64,000 bases of DNA, from assembly GCA_965199715.1 (NCBI GenBank), contig OZ241322.1:1376001-1440000 (forward strand). Direction: 5' to 3'. A program made the position numbers and the translations under genes. The stretch is from Vicinamibacteria bacterium (GTDB lineage Bacteria; Acidobacteriota; Vicinamibacteria; Marinacidobacterales; Marinacidobacteraceae). The notes below the pieces were generated by a model. The model made no database searches, was not told the DNA's origin, and saw only the letters and a list, made by a program, of their open reading frames with translations. This document shows, piece after piece, positions 1 to 10,476 of the stretch (the stretch's first letter is position 1; the number at the start of each line of letters is the position of its first letter).

Positions 1-1092
1 CGGATGCCCCATCTGGAGCAGGTCGTACCGCATCCGGGCGTAGTCCTTCGAGAGGATCGTCTCGAGGGGCAGCGGATGGCTTTCGGGGTCGTTCTGCCGC
101 GCGCCCTCGGAGTACACGAGGCGGCTCGCGCGCACCATTTGAAGGAGAGACTCGGGGGATTCGGTGGGCGGTCCGTGCCGTTCGAGGTCGAAATTCTCCA
201 GCATGTGGAGCATCTCGATCAGGTGCGTGCCGCCGTTGTCGGGCGGAGGCGACCCGGCGATCCGCCAGTCGCCGTAGCTGCCCCACGCGGGCTCCTGCCA
301 CCTCGGCTCCCACGCCGCGAAGTCGTCCGGGGTCAGGACCCCGCCGGCCGCCTGGACGACCTCCGAGACCCGCCTCGCGAAACCCCCGCGGTAGAACCAG
401 TCGCTCCCCTCCTCGGCGAGCCGCTCCAGCGTGTCGGCGGCTCGCTTCTGGACGAGGTGGAAGCCGGGGCGCGGGATGGCCCCATTCTCGAAATACATCT
501 CCCGCCCTTCGGCGGTGCGCCCGATCTTGTCGGACTGGGTGAACACCTCGCCCCACAGGAACGGGTGCATCGGGAAGCCCTCGCGGGCGTAGGCGACGGC
601 CGTCGCCATCAGGTCCTTCCGCGGCAGCGATCCGTGGCGGTCGTGGGCGGCCTCGAAGCCGCCCCAGAAGCCGGGGACCGCCACGCCGCGCCCGGTCGCG
701 AGGTCCATCACCGAGAAGCCGGGCAGCGGCGCCGTCGGCGTGTTCACGTTGCCGTTGACGTACGTGGTCTCGCCGGTCGCCGCCTCGTGGTAGAGCATCG
801 AGAGGCAGCCGGTGATCGTCGTCATGTGCGGCTCGACGACGGTCTGGGTGATCGACGCGGCGAGCGCGGCGTCGCAGGCGTTGCCGCCCCGGTTCAGCAC
901 CTCCACCGCCTCCCGCGTGGCCAGCGGATGCGAGGTGATGGCCATGCCTCCGGGTCCGGCGGCGGGGGCCTTCTCGCCGAAGTGGGCGAGCTCCAGCAGC
1001 CGGTCGCGCTCTTCGGTCGAAGGGGCGGCCGTTCCGGAGCGGGGAAGCGACGCGCCGGCGGCCGCGGCGATCATGAAATGTCGGCGACGCAT
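1..1092 (-). CDS. gamma-glutamyltransferase family protein, Tat-like signal (3' end runs off the window)
   Basis: Translated by hand (absent from the ORF track): MRRRHFMIAAAAG...GMAITSHPLATREAVEVLNRGGNACDAALAASITQTVVEPH, the GGT N-terminal motif; its ATG overlaps the upstream TGA. Confidence 0.85.
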   Translation of the reverse strand, partial: MRRRHFMIAAAAGASLPRSGTAAPSTEERDRLLELAHFGEKAPAAGPGGMAITSHPLATREAVEVLNRGGNACDAALAASITQTVVEPHMTTITGCLSMLYHEAATGETTYVNGNVNTPTAPLPGFSVMDLATGRGVAVPGFWGGFEAAHDRHGSLPRKDLMATAVAYAREGFPMHPFLWGEVFTQSDKIGRTAEGREMYFENGAIPRPGFHLVQKRAADTLERLAEEGSDWFYRGGFARRVSEVVQAAGGVLTPDDFAAWEPRWQEPAWGSYGDWRIAGSPPPDNGGTHLIEMLHMLENFDLERHGPPTESPESLLQMVRASRLVYSEGARQNDPESHPLPLETILSKDYARMRYDLLQMGHP

Positions 1093-2159
1093 CAGGCGAT
1101 CGTATCCGCGAGCGCCTCGAGCGCGGGGCGGAGGTCGTCCGCGGTCATCCAGCCGAGGTGCCCCACCCGCAGCACCTTCCCGGAGAAGCGGCCGAGGCCG
1201 CCGCCGAGAACGATTCCGCGCTCGGCGAGGCGCGCGGAAACCGCCTTCCACTCGACGCCGTCCGGGAGCCACGCCGCGGTCACGGTCGGGGAGCGGAATC
1301 CCTCGGGGGCGACGATCCGAAGCCCCATCCGCCCGAGTTCGCGCCGCGCGAACGCGGCGGCTTCGGCGTGGCGCGCATGCGTCGCCGTCGCGCCTTCGGC
1401 GATCATCAGCTTCACGCCGGCGTCCATCGCGAAGAGCACGGGAACTGCCGGAGTGAAGGGGGGGATCTCCCGCCGGTAGTTCGCGAACTTCCAGTAGAAC
1501 CGCGGGAGCCGGGCTTCCGCCTCGGCGGCCTCGGCCCGGGGCGAGGTCCAGACCATCGCCATACCCGGCGGCAGCCCCCACGCCTTCTGCGATCCGGTGA
1601 ACGTGACGTCGCACCGGTCCACGGCGAGCGGGGCCGCGCCGAGGCTCGAGACGGCGTCCACGAGCGCGAGCGCGTCGCTCTCGGCGCGCACGACGTCGAT
1701 CAGCTCCTCCACCGGATGGAGGACGCCGGTCGAGGTCTCGCAATGGGTGAGGAGCACCGCCCGAACCTCCGGCGACTCCCGCAGCGCCTCCCGAAGGCGG
1801 TCCGGCGAAGCGGCCTCGCCCCATTCCACGCCGAGGCCGCGGGCGTCGAGCCCGTAGGCCCGGGCCACGGCGAGGAAACGTTCGGCGAACTGTCCGCCGC
1901 CGAGGCCGAACACCCGGTCGCCGGGCGAGAGCGCGTTGACCAGCGCCGCCTCCATCGCGCCAGTGCCCGAAGCGGTCAGCAGCAGCGGCCGCCGTTCGCT
2001 TCCGACGACTTCGGCGAGCCCCGACTGGATCCGCTCGAGGAGACGGCGCATCTCCGGCCCCCGGTAGGAAATCATCGGGCGCCCGAGCGCCGCCGTGACC
2101 TCGGTGCGGAGCGGAACCGGTCCGGGGATCCGGAGCCCGCTCAGCGACTCCGGGACCAC
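1092..2159 (-). CDS. class V PLP aminotransferase (alanine-glyoxylate/serine-pyruvate family)
   Basis: IPGPV, SGTGAMEA, HCETSTGV, VDAVSS, TGSQKAWGLPPG (PLP lysine), LRVGHLG; GTG start inferred. Confidence 0.9.
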   Translation of the reverse strand: MVPESLSGLRIPGPVPLRTEVTAALGRPMISYRGPEMRRLLERIQSGLAEVVGSERRPLLLTASGTGAMEAALVNALSPGDRVFGLGGGQFAERFLAVARAYGLDARGLGVEWGEAASPDRLREALRESPEVRAVLLTHCETSTGVLHPVEELIDVVRAESDALALVDAVSSLGAAPLAVDRCDVTFTGSQKAWGLPPGMAMVWTSPRAEAAEAEARLPRFYWKFANYRREIPPFTPAVPVLFAMDAGVKLMIAEGATATHARHAEAAAFARRELGRMGLRIVAPEGFRSPTVTAAWLPDGVEWKAVSARLAERGIVLGGGLGRFSGKVLRVGHLGWMTADDLRPALEALADTIA

Positions 2160-3202
2160 TCCCCCTCGTCGGGGCTGCCGAGGAGATCCGCGTCCGCCGC
2201 GAACTGGAACAGCCGGTCCGAGGTCGCGACCACGAGCGCGCCCCTGCCGTTCAGGGCGACCCCCACGACCGGCGGACCGCTGATGATCCGCCGCGCGCCG
2301 GTCCCGGTGGACATGAACACCCCGGAGTCGCCCGCAAGCCCCTCGGCGACGAGAAACCGATCCTCCGCGTCGAACGCGATGCCCTGCGGACGCCCGAACC
2401 CGGTGTGGATCCGGCTCGGAATTCCGCCCGGCTGAAACTCGACGATCTGGTCCCGGGCCGAGAGCGTCGGCCCCGACACGAACAGGAATCCCGCCGAATT
2501 GAAGGCGAGGTGGTACGCGGAAATGGACGGGCGCATCGGCGAGAGCACGCTGACCTCGCCCTCCGGCGTGGCGAGGAAGAGCGTGCCGCCCCGGTCGCCG
2601 ACGACCAGGTCGCCGGTGGGCGCGAAGCAGATCCCGGTGGGACAGCCGAAGTTCTCGCCGAACACGCGGAAGCGGTTCTTGTCGTCCATCCGATAGACGC
2701 AGCCGTCCTCCCGCGACGAGACGTACAGCGCCTCGTCCGGGCCCCAGGCGAGACCGGTCGGGTTCACGATCCCCTCGCCGAGCGGCTCCGGCTGTCCCTC
2801 CCCCGGCGGAATCCGGTAGATGGGATCGGGGATCGCCTCGCCGCGCCGGCCGCTGACGGTGCTGTAGAGGTTCCCCCGGGGGTCGAACACCGGGTTGGAG
2901 ACGATGTGCAGCTCCTCGGCGACCGGCCGACCGACCGTGATCGGCCACGGCTCCGTCTCGCGCGCGCCGACCGCGACGCGCAGCTCCTCGCCCGCGCCCT
3001 CGGGCACGCGCACGGCGAGGCGCATCGAGGACGCCCGCAGCACGTGCGCCGGCTTCTCGCCGAGCCAGACGCGCAGCCCCGCCGACTCGTCGATCTGGAA
3101 GCCGCGGCCGGCGACGTCGAGCCGTCCGCCGGGGATCACGTGGCGCGGCCAGACCCTTTCGACCTCCAGCCGGGGGCGGCGGGAGCGGGCGGTTCCGGCC
3201 AT
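2141..3202 (-). CDS. IPT/TIG domain + SMP-30/NHL-like beta-propeller protein
   Basis: N-terminal Ig-like segment (PGGRLDVAGRGF), then repeats NPTGLAWGPD, PTGICFAPTG, PQGIAFDAE. Confidence 0.75.
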   Translation of the reverse strand: MAGTARSRRPRLEVERVWPRHVIPGGRLDVAGRGFQIDESAGLRVWLGEKPAHVLRASSMRLAVRVPEGAGEELRVAVGARETEPWPITVGRPVAEELHIVSNPVFDPRGNLYSTVSGRRGEAIPDPIYRIPPGEGQPEPLGEGIVNPTGLAWGPDEALYVSSREDGCVYRMDDKNRFRVFGENFGCPTGICFAPTGDLVVGDRGGTLFLATPEGEVSVLSPMRPSISAYHLAFNSAGFLFVSGPTLSARDQIVEFQPGGIPSRIHTGFGRPQGIAFDAEDRFLVAEGLAGDSGVFMSTGTGARRIISGPPVVGVALNGRGALVVATSDRLFQFAADADLLGSPDEGEWSRSR

Positions 3203-3262
3203 GCGCGAATCAGGGAACTCGGGGGGTCCCGCCAGCCTACCACCGGCTAGCATCGCCGCCCC

Positions 3263-3718
3263 ATGACCGAGGCCGCTTCCCGCCGGTGCGTCGCGGTCAT
3301 CGGGGGCGGCGATGCGGAGGGCGGGGCGCTCGAGGACGCCGAAGCGGTCGGACGCCTCCTCGCCCGGGCCGGGGCGGACCTCGTGTGCGGCGGCCTCGGC
3401 GGGGTCATGGAGGCCGCCTGCCGGGGCGCGGCCGAGGCGGGCGGGCTCACGATCGGGTTGCTCCCGGGGGCGGATCCGCGCACGGGGAACCGGCATCTGC
3501 GGCGGCCGCTCCCGACCGGGCTGGGCCACTTGCGCAACTTCCTCGTGGTGCACGTCGCGGACGCGGTCATCTGCCTTCCCGGCGCCAGCGGAACCCGTTC
3601 GGAGGCGGCGATGGCCCTGACGCTCGGGAAGCGGGTCGTGACCCTCGGCCATGACCTTGCGGGGTGCGAGCGGTCTCGCTCGCCCGAGGCCGCGGTGCGC
3701 GCGGCGCTCGGAGGATGA
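3263..3718 (+). CDS. TIGR00725/LOG-family (SLOG) nucleotide-binding protein
   Basis: VAVIGG, VCGGLGGVMEAACRGA, TGLGHLRN, GASGTRSE. Confidence 0.85.
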   Translation: MTEAASRRCVAVIGGGDAEGGALEDAEAVGRLLARAGADLVCGGLGGVMEAACRGAAEAGGLTIGLLPGADPRTGNRHLRRPLPTGLGHLRNFLVVHVADAVICLPGASGTRSEAAMALTLGKRVVTLGHDLAGCERSRSPEAAVRAALGG

Positions 3719-6700
3719 GCGACGGATTCGGGCCGCTGCTGGACGCGGTCCGGAAGCGGCGGCGGGCCCGCGCCATCGGCCGGCTCTACGGGTCCGCCCG
3801 GACGCTCGTCGCCGCCGCCCGGGCGACGCTCGCCGGGGGGCCGACGGTTCTGGTCACGGCGCGCGACCCGGCGGCGGTCGCCGCGGACCTCGAAACGCTC
3901 CTCGGCGCGCTCGGGTCGAAGCTGCCGGTGCTGCGGCTTCCGGGGACCGCGGTGAATCCCTACGGCGGCGGGGAACCCCACGCGGAAGTGCTCGCGCTGC
4001 GCGCCGAGGCGCTCTTCGCCCTCGCGTCGGGGCGGCGCGCGCTCGTGGTCGCCTCCCCGGCGGGTTTCCTGACCCGCACCGTGCGGCCCGAGCGGCTGCT
4101 CGAGGCCGGCGCCCGGGTCCGCATCGGGGACGAGACGCCTCCGGCGGCGCTCGCCGAGCGCCTCGCCCTCGCCGGCTTCCGCTTCGAGGATCCGGTCTCG
4201 GGCCCCGGCGAGTTCGCCCGGCGCGGCGGCATCCTCGACGTGTTCCCGGCGAACGCCGAGCTGCCCACGCGCATCGAGTGGTTCGGCGACAAGGTCGATG
4301 AGCTGCGCCCGTTCGACCCGGGCACCCAGCGAAGCGGCGGCGAGGAGAACCGGCCGGACTCGCTCGAGATAGCGCCGGGGGTCGAGTGGGTCGGGCTCCC
4401 CCCGCAGCCCGGCCGCCCGCATCCCGCCTTCTCGCTGCCGGGAACCCGGGGCTACGACGCCTCGATCCTCGACTACGCCGAGGGGGCGGACATGCTCGTC
4501 GAGGAGCCCGAGCAGATCCGCGACGTCGCGGCGACCGAGCTCGACCGGGGGGTCCAGTGCCGGCTGAAGGCCCCGAGCCGGCTGACTGCGGGCGCGGCGG
4601 CGCCGCAGGCGCTCCTCATGGATCTCGGGTCGCTCGACCGGTGGCTGCGGGAACCGCCGCCCCGGGGTCCGGTCGCGCTGCGCGAGCTCGACTCCGCGGA
4701 CGGCGACGACCTGCCGGCGCGCCCGGCCGAGTCCTTCGCCGGAAGGCTCCCCGCGTTCCTCGCCCGCCTGAAGGAGACCCCGACGGACTTCCACCTGTTC
4801 GCCCCCGGACGCGCGGCGGCCACGCTCGAGGCGAAGGTGCGGGAAGCGGGGCTGCGGGTCTTCGTGCATGAGGGCCGGTTCGACGAGGGCTTCGAGATCC
4901 CCTCGCTCGGTCTCGAAATGCTTTCGGGGGCCGTGCTCGTCGCCGCGCCGCCCCGGACGCCGGCCAAGTCGCGCAGCCGGGTGTTCGCGTCCGACTTCCG
5001 CGACCTGAAGCCGGGCGACCTCGTCGTCCACGCCGAGCACGGCGTCGGGAAGTTCCTGCGGATCACCCGCGTCGGCGACTCCCCGGACGCGCCCGACATG
5101 GTGCAGTTGGAGTACGCGAAGGGCGCCCGCCTCTATCTCCCGGTGGACCGACTGGACCTGCTCGACAAGTACCGGGCGACTTCGGAAGCCGCGCGGCCGA
5201 CGCTGGACCGGCTCGGCGGAACTGCGTGGGCGCGCAGGAAGCGCCGCGCCGAAAAGGCCGTCCACGACATCGCCGACGACCTGATCCGCCTCTACGCCGA
5301 GCGCCGCCGGATCGAGGGGTTCGCCTTCCCCCGGGACGTCCCCGGGATGGAGGAGTTCGAGGCCGGGTTCGGGTGGACCGAGACCGAGGACCAAGCGCGG
5401 ACCATCCGCGAGGTGTTCGCCGACATGGAGGCCGAAAACCCGATGGACCGGCTCGTGGCCGGCGACGTCGGCTTCGGCAAGACCGAAGTCGCGCTGCGGG
5501 CCGCGTTCAAGGCGGCCATGAGCGGCAAGCAGGTCGCGATCCTGACCCCCACCACGGTGCTCGCCGACCAGCACGCCCGGCTCTTCCGCGAGCGCTTCCG
5601 CGAATTTCCGGTGCAAGTGGAGATGCTCTCCCGCTTCCGCAAGCCGAAGGAGCGCAAGGCGGTGGTGGCCGGGCTCGCCGACGGGACCGTGGACGTCGTG
5701 ATCGGCACCCATCGCCTGCTTTCCCGGGACGTGGAGTTCCGGGATCTCGGGCTGCTCGTGATCGACGAGGAGCAGCGCTTCGGGGTAGCCGCGAAGGAGC
5801 GGTTGAAGCGGCTCGCCGCCCGCACCGACCACCTCGCCCTCACCGCCACGCCGATCCCGCGCACGCTGAACCTGTCGCTGTCGGGCATCCGCGACATGTC
5901 GGTCATCGAGACCCCGCCCCGCGACCGCATCGCGGTCCAGACCCACGTGCTGCCCTTCGATCCGGACCGGGTGGCCGAGGCCATCCGGTACGAACTCGCC
6001 CGCGACGGCCAGGTCTATTTCGTCCACCACCGGATCCAGTCGCTCGGCGCGATGCGCGAGACTCTCGCCCGGCTCGCGCCCGAGGCGAGGGTTCTCATCG
6101 CCCACGGCCAGATGCCCGAGACGGGACTCGAACGCGCCTTCGCCGCCTTCCAGCGCGGCGACGCCGAGGTCCTGCTCTCCACCACCCTCATCGAGAACGG
6201 ACTGGACCTGCCCCGCGTGAACACCCTCATCGTGAATCGCGCCGACGCCTTCGGGCTCGCCCAGCTCTACCAGCTCCGCGGCCGGGTCGGGCGCTCGAAC
6301 CGCCGGGCGTGGGCGTACCTGCTGGTCCCCGAGGGCGGCGAGCTGTCGGAGCGGGCCCGCCCGCGCCTCGCCGCGCTGCGGGAGTTCAGCGAGCTCGGCG
6401 CCGGGTTCCGCATCGCGGCGCTGGACATGGAGCTTCGCGGCGTGGGCGACCTGCTCGGCGCGGCCCAGCACGGCCACATGGAGGCGGTCGGCTTCGACAT
6501 GTACTACCGGATGCTCGACGCCGCGGTCGCCGAGGCGCGGGGCGAGGCCGCCCGCGACCGCTGCCAGCTCAACCTGCGGTTCCGCCTGCGCGTGCCGGAG
6601 AGCTACCTCGGCGATCCGCAGCACCGGATGTGGCTCTACAAGCGGGTCTCCGCGGCGCGGGGCGCCGGGGAACTGGACCGCCTCGAGGACGAGGTCCGGG

Positions 6701-6939
6701 ACCGCTTCGGCCCGCCGCCGCCGGCGGTCGGCCTCCTGTTCCGCCACGTCCGGCTCGGCGTCCGGGCCGAGGCGCTCGGCTACGCCCGCATTTCCCGCGA
6801 CGGCTCGACGCTGACGCTCGAGACCGGCGACCAGGACCGGCGCCGCAACCTCAAGACGCCCTTGCCCGACGGGGCGGACCCGGCGACGGTCCTCGACTCG
6901 CTCGACATGGCGCTCGCCGCCGTGGAGGCGCTGCCGTGA
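3715..6939 (+). CDS. mfd: transcription-repair coupling factor
   Basis: RGGILDVFP, CarD-like VVHAEHGVG, GDVGFGKT, DEEQRFG, TATPIPRT, QLRGRVGR, TRCF C-terminus. Confidence 0.97.
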   Translation: MSDGFGPLLDAVRKRRRARAIGRLYGSARTLVAAARATLAGGPTVLVTARDPAAVAADLETLLGALGSKLPVLRLPGTAVNPYGGGEPHAEVLALRAEALFALASGRRALVVASPAGFLTRTVRPERLLEAGARVRIGDETPPAALAERLALAGFRFEDPVSGPGEFARRGGILDVFPANAELPTRIEWFGDKVDELRPFDPGTQRSGGEENRPDSLEIAPGVEWVGLPPQPGRPHPAFSLPGTRGYDASILDYAEGADMLVEEPEQIRDVAATELDRGVQCRLKAPSRLTAGAAAPQALLMDLGSLDRWLREPPPRGPVALRELDSADGDDLPARPAESFAGRLPAFLARLKETPTDFHLFAPGRAAATLEAKVREAGLRVFVHEGRFDEGFEIPSLGLEMLSGAVLVAAPPRTPAKSRSRVFASDFRDLKPGDLVVHAEHGVGKFLRITRVGDSPDAPDMVQLEYAKGARLYLPVDRLDLLDKYRATSEAARPTLDRLGGTAWARRKRRAEKAVHDIADDLIRLYAERRRIEGFAFPRDVPGMEEFEAGFGWTETEDQARTIREVFADMEAENPMDRLVAGDVGFGKTEVALRAAFKAAMSGKQVAILTPTTVLADQHARLFRERFREFPVQVEMLSRFRKPKERKAVVAGLADGTVDVVIGTHRLLSRDVEFRDLGLLVIDEEQRFGVAAKERLKRLAARTDHLALTATPIPRTLNLSLSGIRDMSVIETPPRDRIAVQTHVLPFDPDRVAEAIRYELARDGQVYFVHHRIQSLGAMRETLARLAPEARVLIAHGQMPETGLERAFAAFQRGDAEVLLSTTLIENGLDLPRVNTLIVNRADAFGLAQLYQLRGRVGRSNRRAWAYLLVPEGGELSERARPRLAALREFSELGAGFRIAALDMELRGVGDLLGAAQHGHMEAVGFDMYYRMLDAAVAEARGEAARDRCQLNLRFRLRVPESYLGDPQHRMWLYKRVSAARGAGELDRLEDEVRDRFGPPPPAVGLLFRHVRLGVRAEALGYARISRDGSTLTLETGDQDRRRNLKTPLPDGADPATVLDSLDMALAAVEALP

Positions 6940-7817
6940 GGGCGGCGCTCGCCGCTCTCGCCCTGGCCGCGGGCTGCGCCCCGTCGCCCGGAGCGCAGCG
7001 GCCGATCGTCACGCTCGGCGAGGAGGCGGTCCTCGTCGCCGACTTCGAGAGCTTTCTCGCGTCGAGCGCGGGGTTCGCGCCGTCGCCCTCGCCCGCCGTG
7101 CTGAGCGCGCTTCTGGACGACTTCGTCGAGGAACGGCTCCTCGCCCTCGGGGCCCGCGACGCCGGAATCCGCGTCTCCGCCATGGACGTCGTCGCCGAGA
7201 TGACCGTGCTCGCCGCCGCCCCGACGGCGGACGAGGCGGCCGGGCCGGATTCCGGGAGCCTCGAGGAGGGCGTCCGCCGCCGGCTGCTGGTGCGGCGGTT
7301 CCTCGACGAGGCGGTCCTCGCCGACCTCGAGATCTCGGACGAGGAGGTCGCGCTCGAGCTGGAGGCCGACGAGCCGCTCTACCGGCGGCCCGAGATCCTC
7401 GAGCTCTCGGAGGCCATGTTCCGCACCCGCGCCGAGGCCGACGAGGCGGCCGCCGCGCTCGGCGAGGATCCGGACTCGCCGGGGCCGGAGTTCCGCCGGG
7501 TGGGGGTCTTCCAGGAAGGCGAGCTGCCGGAGACGATCGCGGCCGCGGTGCGGGGCCTCGACGCCGGAGAATTCAGCGGCGCGATCGGCACCGCGACCGG
7601 TTTCGGGGTCTTCCGGGTGGACCGGCGCGAGGACTCCGGCCCGATGGACCCCGACGAGGCGGGAGCCGTGGCCCGGCGAGCGATCCTCGAACGGCGGGCG
7701 AACGAGCGGATCGCCGACGCGCTCCGCGACCTGCGGGCGCGGTATCCGGTCGTCGTCTACGCCGGGCGGCTGCCCTTTCCCTACCTCGGACGCGAGGCCG
7801 CCGAAGACGCGCCCTGA
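6936..7817 (+). CDS. SurA/PrsA-like peptidyl-prolyl isomerase/chaperone lipoprotein
   Basis: Lipobox LAAGC, helical SurA-N-like region, degenerate parvulin (GEFSGAIGTATGFGVFRV); GTGA overlap with mfd. Confidence 0.7.
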   Translation: MRAALAALALAAGCAPSPGAQRPIVTLGEEAVLVADFESFLASSAGFAPSPSPAVLSALLDDFVEERLLALGARDAGIRVSAMDVVAEMTVLAAAPTADEAAGPDSGSLEEGVRRRLLVRRFLDEAVLADLEISDEEVALELEADEPLYRRPEILELSEAMFRTRAEADEAAAALGEDPDSPGPEFRRVGVFQEGELPETIAAAVRGLDAGEFSGAIGTATGFGVFRVDRREDSGPMDPDEAGAVARRAILERRANERIADALRDLRARYPVVVYAGRLPFPYLGREAAEDAP

Positions 7818-7869
7818 CGGGAGGAACGCCCGTCCGCTGTGGAAGAATTGACGGTCCGCCCACGACTAC

Positions 7870-9225
7870 ATGAGCCTTCACAAGATTCGGCGCGGGTTCG
7901 ACGTGCCGCTGGCCGGGGCGCCGCCTGCAGGACCGGCCTCGCCATGGATTCCCGGGGAAGTCGCCCTCGTCGGCGCCGACTATCCGGGGATGCGCCCGGC
8001 GATGCGCGTCGAGCCGGGCGACCGGGTGAACCGGGGCTCGGTGCTCTTCGAGGACCGCAAGACCCCGGGGGTGCGGTTCACCGCTCCGGTCGGCGGGCGG
8101 GTGAAGGCGGTGCATCGCGGCGAACGGCGGGCGTTCCGGTCGCTCGTGATCGAGCTTTCCTCCGGCGAACGCGGCGGACGCCCCGACTCCGGGCGCCGCT
8201 TCCGGGTCTCGGGAGGTCGGCCCGAGTCGGGCGGCGAGGACGAACTGCGGGAGTCGCTGCTCGATTCGGGCGAGTGGACTTCGATCCGCACCCGCCCGTT
8301 CGGCCGGGTCGCGAATCCGGCGAGCCGCCCGCAGGCGATCTTCGTCACCGCGATGGACACGGCGCCGCTCGCGCCGGATCCGGTCGCGGCCGTCGCCGGC
8401 CGCGAGAACGACCTCCAGTGGGGGGTCGCCGCCCTCGCGCGGCTCACCGACGGCCCGGTCTTCCTCTGCTCGGCGCCGGGAAAGCGGCTTCCGGTTCCCG
8501 AATCGGACCGGGTGCGGCACGAGGAATTCGCCGGCCCCCACCCTGCGGGGACCGCCGGCCTCCACGTCCACCGGCTCGCGCCGGCGGCGCGGGGCCGCGA
8601 GTCGTGGCATCTCGACGCGCAGGATCTGGCGGCGCTCGGGCGCCTGCTGCGCACGGGCGACCTCGATCCGATGCGCGAGATCGCCGTGGGCGGCCCGCCG
8701 GTCCCGCGCCCGCGCCGGCTGCGGGCCCCGCTCGGATCGGGAACCGCGGGGCTTGAAGGCCCGGGCGACGTCCGGGCGATCTCCGGGTCGGTCCTGACGG
8801 GCCGCGCCGCCAGCGGCGACGAGGCGTACCTCGGCCGCTACCACCGGCAGGTCACCTTCCTCGAGGAGGACCGGCGCCGGCGGTTCCTCGGCTGGCTCGC
8901 CCCGGGCGCGGGCGCGCTCTCGGCGAGCCGGGCGTTCCTGTCCGCGCTGCTGCCCCGGAGGCCCCGAAACCTGACCACCGGGACCCACGGTTCGCGCCGC
9001 GCCATCGTCCCGATCGGCGTGTACGAGAAGGTGACTCCCTTCGACATTCCGCCGGTGTTCCTGCTGCGGGCGCTTCTCATGGAGGATCTGGAGCGGGCGG
9101 AGGAACTGGGCGCGCTGGAGCTGATCGAGGAGGACCTCGGGCTTCTCAGCTTCGTCTGCCCGGCCAAGAACGACTACGCCCCGGCGCTGCGCCGGGTGCT
9201 CGACGCCCTCGAGAAGGAAGGCTGA
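7870..9225 (+). CDS. nqrA: Na+-translocating NADH:quinone reductase subunit A
   Basis: KIRRGFDVPLAGAP, RTRPF, GPHPAG, LELIEEDLGLLSFVCPAK. Confidence 0.95.
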   Translation: MSLHKIRRGFDVPLAGAPPAGPASPWIPGEVALVGADYPGMRPAMRVEPGDRVNRGSVLFEDRKTPGVRFTAPVGGRVKAVHRGERRAFRSLVIELSSGERGGRPDSGRRFRVSGGRPESGGEDELRESLLDSGEWTSIRTRPFGRVANPASRPQAIFVTAMDTAPLAPDPVAAVAGRENDLQWGVAALARLTDGPVFLCSAPGKRLPVPESDRVRHEEFAGPHPAGTAGLHVHRLAPAARGRESWHLDAQDLAALGRLLRTGDLDPMREIAVGGPPVPRPRRLRAPLGSGTAGLEGPGDVRAISGSVLTGRAASGDEAYLGRYHRQVTFLEEDRRRRFLGWLAPGAGALSASRAFLSALLPRRPRNLTTGTHGSRRAIVPIGVYEKVTPFDIPPVFLLRALLMEDLERAEELGALELIEEDLGLLSFVCPAKNDYAPALRRVLDALEKEG

Positions 9226-9230
9226 TCCCG

Positions 9231-10466
9231 GTGCTTCGTCCGCTCCTCGACCGGCTCGGCGCCCCGTTCGGGCCCGGCGGCAGGCTGGAGCGCCTGTGGC
9301 CGATGTGGGACGCCCCGGACACGTTCCTGTTCACGCCGGGCAAGGCGACCGAGGGTCCGGCGCACGCCCGCGACCGCCTGGACATGAAGCGCCTCATGTT
9401 CACGGTGGTGGTCGCGCTCGCCGGAACGGTCGCGATGGCGTTCTACAACACCGGCCACCAGGCGAACCTCGCGATCGCGACGGGCGGCGAGCCGCTGCCG
9501 GGCTGGCGCGCGATGGTCATCGAGAGCCTCGGGGTCGGCTACGCGCCGGAGAGCGTCCTCGCGTGCGTGGTCCACGGCGGACTGTGGTACCTGCCGGTGC
9601 TGCTCGTCACCTTCATGGTGGGCGGGACGTGGGAGATGGTGTTCGCGGTCGTGCGGCGGCACGAGGTCAGCGAGGGCTTCCTCGTGACCGGGATGCTCTT
9701 CCCGCTCATCCTGCCGCCCACGGTCCCGCTGTGGCAGGTCGCGGTCGGGATCACCTTCGGCGTGGTCGTGGGGAAGGAGATCTTCGGCGGTTCCGGCTAC
9801 AACATCCTGAACCCGGCGCTGGCCGCCCGCGCCTTCCTCTTCTTCGCCTATCCGGCCGAGCTCTCCGGCGACCGCGTGTGGATCGCCGCCGACACCGCCC
9901 CGGACGCGGTCAGCGGCGCGACCTGGCTCGCGCGGCTCAGCCTCGAGGGCGAGGAAACGTTCGGCGCCGCGTTCCATCCGGCGGGCGCCGCCGGGATCAC
10001 CCCGTGGGACGCCTTCCTCGGCCTCATGCCCGGCTCGATGGGCGAGACCTCGGTGATCGCGTGCCTGTTCGGCGCGGCGGTGCTGGTCCTGACCGGGATC
10101 GGCTCGTTGCGGATCATGCTCGCGGTCGCCGCCGGGACGGTCCTCATGGGCGGCCTCCTGAACCTCGTCGGTTCGGACACGAACCCCTTCTTCGCGGTGC
10201 CCTTCTGGTGGCACTTCCTGCTGGGGGGCTGGGCCTTCGGGGCGGTCTTCATGGCCACCGAGCCCGTGACCGCGCCGGGCACGAACGGCGCGCGCGTCGC
10301 GTACGGGTTCCTCATCGGCGTGCTCGTGGTGCTCATCCGGGTCGTGAATCCGGCGTACCCCGAGGGGATGATGCTGGCGATCCTGCTGATGAACGTGTTC
10401 GCCCCGCTCATCGACCACTTCGCGCTCCGGGCCGCGGTCCGGCGGCGCGCCGCCGCGCGGGGCTAG
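9231..10466 (+). CDS. nqrB: Na+-NQR subunit B
   Basis: RDRLDMKRLM, GKEIFGG, flavinylation motif DAVSGAT, GSMGETS, PEGMMLAIL. Confidence 0.96.
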   Translation: MLRPLLDRLGAPFGPGGRLERLWPMWDAPDTFLFTPGKATEGPAHARDRLDMKRLMFTVVVALAGTVAMAFYNTGHQANLAIATGGEPLPGWRAMVIESLGVGYAPESVLACVVHGGLWYLPVLLVTFMVGGTWEMVFAVVRRHEVSEGFLVTGMLFPLILPPTVPLWQVAVGITFGVVVGKEIFGGSGYNILNPALAARAFLFFAYPAELSGDRVWIAADTAPDAVSGATWLARLSLEGEETFGAAFHPAGAAGITPWDAFLGLMPGSMGETSVIACLFGAAVLVLTGIGSLRIMLAVAAGTVLMGGLLNLVGSDTNPFFAVPFWWHFLLGGWAFGAVFMATEPVTAPGTNGARVAYGFLIGVLVVLIRVVNPAYPEGMMLAILLMNVFAPLIDHFALRAAVRRRAAARG

Positions 10467-10476
10467 AGTCAGGATC

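Noticed and set aside
7848-7870. TTGACG as a -35 box for nqrA
   Set aside because: A 17-bp spacer would put the -10 box on the start codon, so it is not supportable
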